A stretch of DNA of 64,000 bases from a virus. Made by a program: the position numbers and the translations under genes. The notes beneath the pieces are model-generated. The model did not search any database. It was given only the letters and a program-made list of their open reading frames with translations, and was not told the origin of the DNA. The stretch is from positions 111,012-175,011 of the IMG/VR virus record IMGVR_UViG_3300025141_016305, one strand, 5' to 3'. This document shows positions 59,440-64,000 of this stretch, piece by piece. Within the stretch, counting starts at the first letter, position 1. Every line of letters starts with the position of its first letter.

Positions 59440-61600
59440 ATCTCGACCACCTCGAAAACCAATATGCTATATTTGCAATATTATCCAAAAGGATCTTAGC
59501 CTCTGAAGGGTTTAGACCATCTTCGCTCGTTATATTAGAATATATTTGCAAAAACCCGGCTGTACTTTGAAGAAAAGTTATATAATTTTTTAAAAAAACA
59601 ATATATTTCTTTAGAGCATCTATATTTTTTTCTTCTATAATTTCTATTAATTTTTCCGCCCTGCCTGCAGATTTGATCAATGAAAGAAAATAGTCTGTAA
59701 CATCATTGACATGTTCGGGATATATTACTTCGCCTGTACTTCTTTTTATTCCTATTGTTCCATTTTTGATAGCCGCGGCTAAGCCTGTGCTTTGTGCTCC
59801 TGCTCTTGTGCTGGTGATAAAAGATATTGGGACAGCTCTATCATCATCATAATTTAAAAAACCAATAGAATATACTCTCCTCCCGGCTCCGAGTGCAGAA
59901 AGATCCACGCGAGTTAGCCCCAGCCAACCATTTATCATAAATTCATCTAATTCAGGACTTAACATAACCCCGCCTCCGCGGCGTCTTATTGCACTTTCTC
60001 TGTCATAAAATCTAGACCTTAAATTTTCCCCTTTTTGCCAAAGTGCTGATGCGTCTGATTCTGCTTTTCTAACAAAGTTAAAAAACCCGCCGCCACGAGA
60101 TGTTTTTAAACTTGCGATTATATCATTTGAAGGAGTTATCCGATCGGGGCTTTGTAAGGCTTGGTTGAAAAAGTCTATATATTCTTCTAATCGATCTATA
60201 TCTTTGCCTTTTCCGATGAGATTTAATATTCCTCTTTTTACCTTGTTTGTCTCAATATCTTCGCCAAATCCCTCTTCCTCATTCAATGTATCGAGAATTG
60301 TATTCCAGGTTGAACCAAGTAGTCCCATCGGCCGTCCTCCAATGATGGGATCGACCGGCGTTGTGATATAGTTTATAAAATCATTTAATTGTTTTTCAAT
60401 TGAATATGAAAGTGTAGTTTCTATTGTTTGTTCTATTTTCCCCACTTCATCGAAGAAGTTGGATAAGTTCTCTAATTTGTTACCTGCAAATTGTATTAAT
60501 TTATCTTTTGATCTTTCACCTGTTATTTCTTGTCTGTAAATTTGAGATGTATTTTCGATGTCTTTAAATAAAAACCTAACTTGTCGTGCCTTTTCTTTGT
60601 CGTGCTGTGCAATCTCAAGAAGAAACGAGTCGATTAATCTCCAAATTCTGTCAAGAATAATAAATATTCCACTTTCTGCTTCCTCAAGCTCGTATACATC
60701 TGATTTGACTTCTTGAATTTTATTTTTTAATTCTTCCAAAAGAGACGCAGAATCTTGTCTGATTTTTTTTAAAGAAAAGCTTCCACCAAGTGCTGTTTGT
60801 ATTGTCGTAAAAATTAAAAAATCTGAGATTAGTGATGTTGTAAAACTTAGACCACCCATATATGGGTGGAAGCTTGCAAGGATGGATATCGCGACAGACA
60901 CCAAATCAACTGCGCTGTTCCACTCTTTATCTTGAAAAGCTCTTTTCTTTAGCCATGGCTCGATTATTCTCTTGTGTTTCCCAATTTCCGTCGCGACGTC
61001 TAAATAGAACCCTTCAAAATTTTCAGATTTTTGTTGAACTTGTTGTAAGACGGGCCCATCTATGTTTAATATACGCATAATTGCAGTGTTCATATCTGTT
61101 ATCTCTTTTCTGTCAAGAACTCTATGAAAAAAATAATTAGCATAATCTTTCTGCACCGGACGCAGGCCCGGGCCAAGCTCTTTTAATCCTTCTGCGCTTC
61201 CGTACCATTTAATGAAGAAAGCAATCCCCATCCTTATAGATTTAATATTATCAAGTTTAGCTTTTTTTGATTTATCTATTTTAAGTTTTTTGAGTGTTTT
61301 TCCTAAATTAATTGTTTTTTTAGATGGAACAAGAACAATCCTTGAAGAATATTTATCAACTTGTCTTATATCCTTTGCGATAGAATTTTTAGCGTTAAGA
61401 AAGTAACGCACCTCTTGTTTTTTAATAGAATTTTTAAAATCTTTAATAGGATTAGATATATCCCTTCCGATTCCAGGGTCAGCACCGCCTGGACCTGTAG
61501 ATACACCAACACCAAGTCCAATATCCTGGGTGATCCTATCCATTTCTTCTTTTACTAATTTTTGTAAGTACTTTTTACCTACTAAGGTGGTATGAGACAT
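59432..61600 (-). CDS. 722-aa protein with shared leader and an internal hydrophobic hairpin
   Basis: VGKKYLQKLVKEEM; AVDLVSVAISILASF...LISDFLIFTTI. Confidence 0.7.
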   Translation of the reverse strand: MSHTTLVGKKYLQKLVKEEMDRITQDIGLGVGVSTGPGGADPGIGRDISNPIKDFKNSIKKQEVRYFLNAKNSIAKDIRQVDKYSSRIVLVPSKKTINLGKTLKKLKIDKSKKAKLDNIKSIRMGIAFFIKWYGSAEGLKELGPGLRPVQKDYANYFFHRVLDRKEITDMNTAIMRILNIDGPVLQQVQQKSENFEGFYLDVATEIGKHKRIIEPWLKKRAFQDKEWNSAVDLVSVAISILASFHPYMGGLSFTTSLISDFLIFTTIQTALGGSFSLKKIRQDSASLLEELKNKIQEVKSDVYELEEAESGIFIILDRIWRLIDSFLLEIAQHDKEKARQVRFLFKDIENTSQIYRQEITGERSKDKLIQFAGNKLENLSNFFDEVGKIEQTIETTLSYSIEKQLNDFINYITTPVDPIIGGRPMGLLGSTWNTILDTLNEEEGFGEDIETNKVKRGILNLIGKGKDIDRLEEYIDFFNQALQSPDRITPSNDIIASLKTSRGGGFFNFVRKAESDASALWQKGENLRSRFYDRESAIRRRGGGVMLSPELDEFMINGWLGLTRVDLSALGAGRRVYSIGFLNYDDDRAVPISFITSTRAGAQSTGLAAAIKNGTIGIKRSTGEVIYPEHVNDVTDYFLSLIKSAGRAEKLIEIIEEKNIDALKKYIVFLKNYITFLQSTAGFLQIYSNITSEDGLNPSEAKILLDNIANIAYWFSRWSRYE

Positions 61601-61682
61601 AGATATTAGCCCTAAAAAATGAAATATACTCTCTAAATAGTATATTTTACCTTAAACTAGGCTATTTTTTAAATTCAAATTG

Positions 61683-61889
61683 TTATTCTTGACCCCAATC
61701 ACAGTCGCAAGGACTACAACTGCAAAAATCACAGTAATTTCCATAATTTTCCGTGATATATTCATCAATTTTTTTAATAACCTCTTCAAAGTGTTCCACA
61801 CTAAGCGTCATTGACATTTCAACTAAGTTTGACTTTGCTTCCCACGGAGTCATGTTGCCTTTTTCGAGACCGCTACATATAAAACACAT
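61683..61889 (-). CDS. Small Cys-rich (putative Zn-binding) protein
   Basis: MCFIC ... YCDFCSCSPCDCDWG. Confidence 0.6.
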   Translation of the reverse strand: MCFICSGLEKGNMTPWEAKSNLVEMSMTLSVEHFEEVIKKIDEYITENYGNYCDFCSCSPCDCDWGQE

Positions 61890-61893
61890 ATTT

Positions 61894-62010
61894 TTACCTA
61901 TTTTTTGATTTTTTCTTTTCTAAATCTTCAACTCGATTATCTAAATCGTTCCAAGCGGTAGTCATACCAACTGCGAGAGTTAAGATTGTTATAAAAACTC
62001 CAATTTCCAT
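61894..62010 (-). CDS. 38-aa membrane peptide (not in ORF track)
   Basis: MEIGVFITILTLAVGMTTAWNDLDNRVEDLEKKKSKNR*; fills the gap between neighbours. Confidence 0.45.
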   Translation of the reverse strand: MEIGVFITILTLAVGMTTAWNDLDNRVEDLEKKKSKNR

Positions 62011-62012
62011 TC

Positions 62013-62456
62013 TCATAGTCGTTTGTTACCGATTTTTGTGTTAAACTGTTCAAATAGAGCAGTGGCGATGCTCTCCAAGCCAGAAAAAGCAACGGTTCGA
62101 CTCTTACGCCCGCCCAAAGTAACTACTAGAGTAGGGAGAATTCTTATATTTGTCCCTTCAGTAAGTTTTTTCACCCAAGGTTCTTCCATATTAACAAATA
62201 AAACCTTATTTGTCCAGCCCATTTGTTCCATAATCGCATGCAGGTAGCGACAGGAATTACACTTCATAGTAGTTAGCAGTATATAATCAGGCTTTTTATC
62301 GTCTCTAAGTGCCGATTCTAATTGAGAAATCGTAATCCAAGGTGGAACTCTATGCTTAACAACAGTAATTTCAACTTTTTTTTCCTTCTTTGTCGCAGGA
62401 GCCGAAGAACAACCCATAAAAATGCTTAAAAATACTATGGTGATCCACTTTATCAT
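62013..62456 (-). CDS. Thioredoxin-fold lipoprotein
   Basis: Lipobox FMGC; CNSC (CxxC); cis-Pro-like 'LPTL'. Confidence 0.65.
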   Translation of the reverse strand: MIKWITIVFLSIFMGCSSAPATKKEKKVEITVVKHRVPPWITISQLESALRDDKKPDYILLTTMKCNSCRYLHAIMEQMGWTNKVLFVNMEEPWVKKLTEGTNIRILPTLVVTLGGRKSRTVAFSGLESIATALFEQFNTKIGNKRL

Positions 62457-63277
62457 GTCATTTTCATAGAAATATCACTAACAAGTTCCGCTATAGCGTC
62501 TTCAACTATTTCTGGATCTCCGAGGCCTCTCTTTACAAGGTCGAAAAAACTTTTTGCCGTTTGGGGATTTTTTGCGGGGTGCCCATCAGGTAGCTTATCC
62601 AACTCATTTTCCACTTCTAGTGCGATTTTTTCATCCAACTCGTTGTCGGTTTCCAATTCGATCATTTGTTCGGAGACCAAATGTTGATTTTTCTTGAAGT
62701 AATTTTCAAATATTCCCTCTTTTAGTCCCGTACGCATAGGATCCATAACCATTTGGCGAGTTTTGGAACCTTCTTTCCAGCTGTTTAATATTTCATTCCA
62801 CTTTTCTATTGGCTGTTTTGCAACATCTCTTATAACTTTGTCGAATTCTCCAAAAAAGAGTTCTGATCCTGAGTCCAAAAGATCAATTGCAAATTGACCA
62901 GCGCGCTCCCGCGATTGGGGATTCTTTAAGAGATCGAGCACCTTTGTCGCGACATCATCATAGTTGTCACGAACCCACTTGTGTATTGGTTTTTGGCTTT
63001 TTTCTAATGAGTCTTTAATTTTTTTAGCAGTATCGTCATAGTCATCATATATCCACTTATCAAGTTGGTTCTTGTATTTTGTGAGAGCATAATGTGGATC
63101 TTTATTCAAGTCATCTGCGACTTCTTTTGCTTTCTTTCTCACCTTGGCCAGGTGTGGCTCGATTGAATCATCGTAGTGTTTGTCTAATTTTAGTGCCGCC
63201 TGAATATGACTATTGTTCAATAATCTATCTACACTTTTTTCTATTTTTTGAAGACGGATTTCTATATCTTCTGGCAT
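62453..63277 (-). CDS. Hypothetical helical protein
   Basis: 274 aa; short internal repeat (KW..D.YDD.A.K). Confidence 0.65.
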   Translation of the reverse strand: MPEDIEIRLQKIEKSVDRLLNNSHIQAALKLDKHYDDSIEPHLAKVRKKAKEVADDLNKDPHYALTKYKNQLDKWIYDDYDDTAKKIKDSLEKSQKPIHKWVRDNYDDVATKVLDLLKNPQSRERAGQFAIDLLDSGSELFFGEFDKVIRDVAKQPIEKWNEILNSWKEGSKTRQMVMDPMRTGLKEGIFENYFKKNQHLVSEQMIELETDNELDEKIALEVENELDKLPDGHPAKNPQTAKSFFDLVKRGLGDPEIVEDAIAELVSDISMKMT

Positions 63278-63309
63278 TTTGTTTTCCTTGTATTATATTT
63301 ATCGAGTTT

Positions 63310-63705
63310 TTAGAGGCCACCACCACCCATTTGCCATTTATAACTGCCATACATCCCCGCGAAGGACTCAAGCCAAGAACCGTCCTTAAGTGGGTTGCCT
63401 TCGTCTTTAAATAATTTAGTACATTGTTCAACACTATCACAGTAAGGTCCGACCAATATTCTAGCCAAAGCTGACGCAGAGCGTTTATCGTTGTTAAGGA
63501 AATCAACAACGGAACTTTCTCCGTCGAACTCTTCCAGTCCCGCAGAGGACTTGTTTTTTAACACTGTTTTAAGAGCAGCTTTTAACACAGGGTGCACCTT
63601 CCACATTTTGCCCGGTACATTTAGAGATTCTGAGCGTTGCTCGTTTAAGATTTTGATAATCTCTTCTTCGATAATTTTTTCAAGATATTTTTTATTGATT
63701 TTCAT
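63310..63705 (-). CDS. Hypothetical protein with shared leader
   Basis: MKINKKYLEKIIEEEIIKILNE; ACTATTTA upstream. Confidence 0.7.
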   Translation of the reverse strand: MKINKKYLEKIIEEEIIKILNEQRSESLNVPGKMWKVHPVLKAALKTVLKNKSSAGLEEFDGESSVVDFLNNDKRSASALARILVGPYCDSVEQCTKLFKDEGNPLKDGSWLESFAGMYGSYKWQMGGGGL

Positions 63706-63819
63706 TGTTTTCCCCGATTTTGAATAAGAGTGATGTAATAAATAGTGTTTTATTCGAGCAAACCTTCGAAGAACCGCGTTTTGCGCGCAAATTTTTTATT
63801 TTTTCGGTATTTTTTTCTT

Positions 63820-64000
63820 CTACTTTAGCTTAAATTCTATAGCAGAGCCTAAAATATGACCATTAATCCAATTGTCTTTTCGCCTATTCTCTAAAAGATA
63901 GAACGTTTTATAGTTGACATTATCAGATATCTTGAATCTAAGGCCTGCTCCAAAGGCATTCTTTGTGAATAACCCTTCCTCAAAAGTAACGGCTTCGGTA
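63820..64000 (-). CDS. Partial CDS (C-terminus); outer-membrane beta-barrel-like (DUF2490-like)
   Basis: ...KNAFGAGLRFKISDNVNYKTFYLLENRRKDNWINGHILGSAIEFKLK*, with alternating amphipathic beta pattern. Confidence 0.45.
   Translation of the reverse strand, partial: TEAVTFEEGLFTKNAFGAGLRFKISDNVNYKTFYLLENRRKDNWINGHILGSAIEFKLK

Noticed and set aside
63780-63791. Palindrome TTTGCGCGCAAA next to a T-rich tract (terminator or operator)
   Set aside because: Single occurrence with no proper loop, and the T-tract is on the wrong strand for the upstream minus-strand gene

Overview
This AT-rich, densely coding 64 kb window has almost all genes on the minus strand and uses the standard code. It most likely comes from a large (jumbo/huge) tailed bacteriophage. 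Support: a gp55-like late sigma factor, a baseplate-spike-like protein, a fibre-like protein, PhoH, a Cas4-like nuclease, a phage-type tmRNA, tRNA-Ile2 with TilS, and no ribosomal, envelope-export or other core cellular operons. Layout: (1) 1-6.5 kb, virion/baseplate-like genes and the late sigma factor. (2) 6.5-30.9 kb, a ~29-gene soluble glycosylation island (Gmd, WecB, NeuB/NeuA/HAD, three DegT aminotransferases, ~10 GTs, methyltransferases, 2OG oxygenases) with no flippase or polymerase. (3) 30.9-39 kb, nuclease, PhoH, protease, tRNA-Ile(CAU)/TilS and tmRNA. (4) 39-43.7 kb, a second sugar-acid module (GAPDH-like, cytidylyltransferase, HpcH aldolase, 2-hydroxyacid dehydrogenase, HAD, GT). 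(5) 43.8-64 kb, large orphan proteins that share a 'K-x-x-L-x-x-I-I-x-E-E' leader and carry diverse cargo (FtsK-gamma, RNA-ligase-like plus HxGH transferase, metalloprotease, lytic transglycosylase). Main unexplained signals: the shared leader with SD-preceded internal starts, a recurring [AC]CTA[ATG]TTA motif (often 4 nt before ATG), accessory genes flanked by duplicated 3' ends of the upstream gene or tmRNA, and a 10-Cys micropeptide abutting the tmRNA. All family calls come from motifs recognised by eye; no searches were run.
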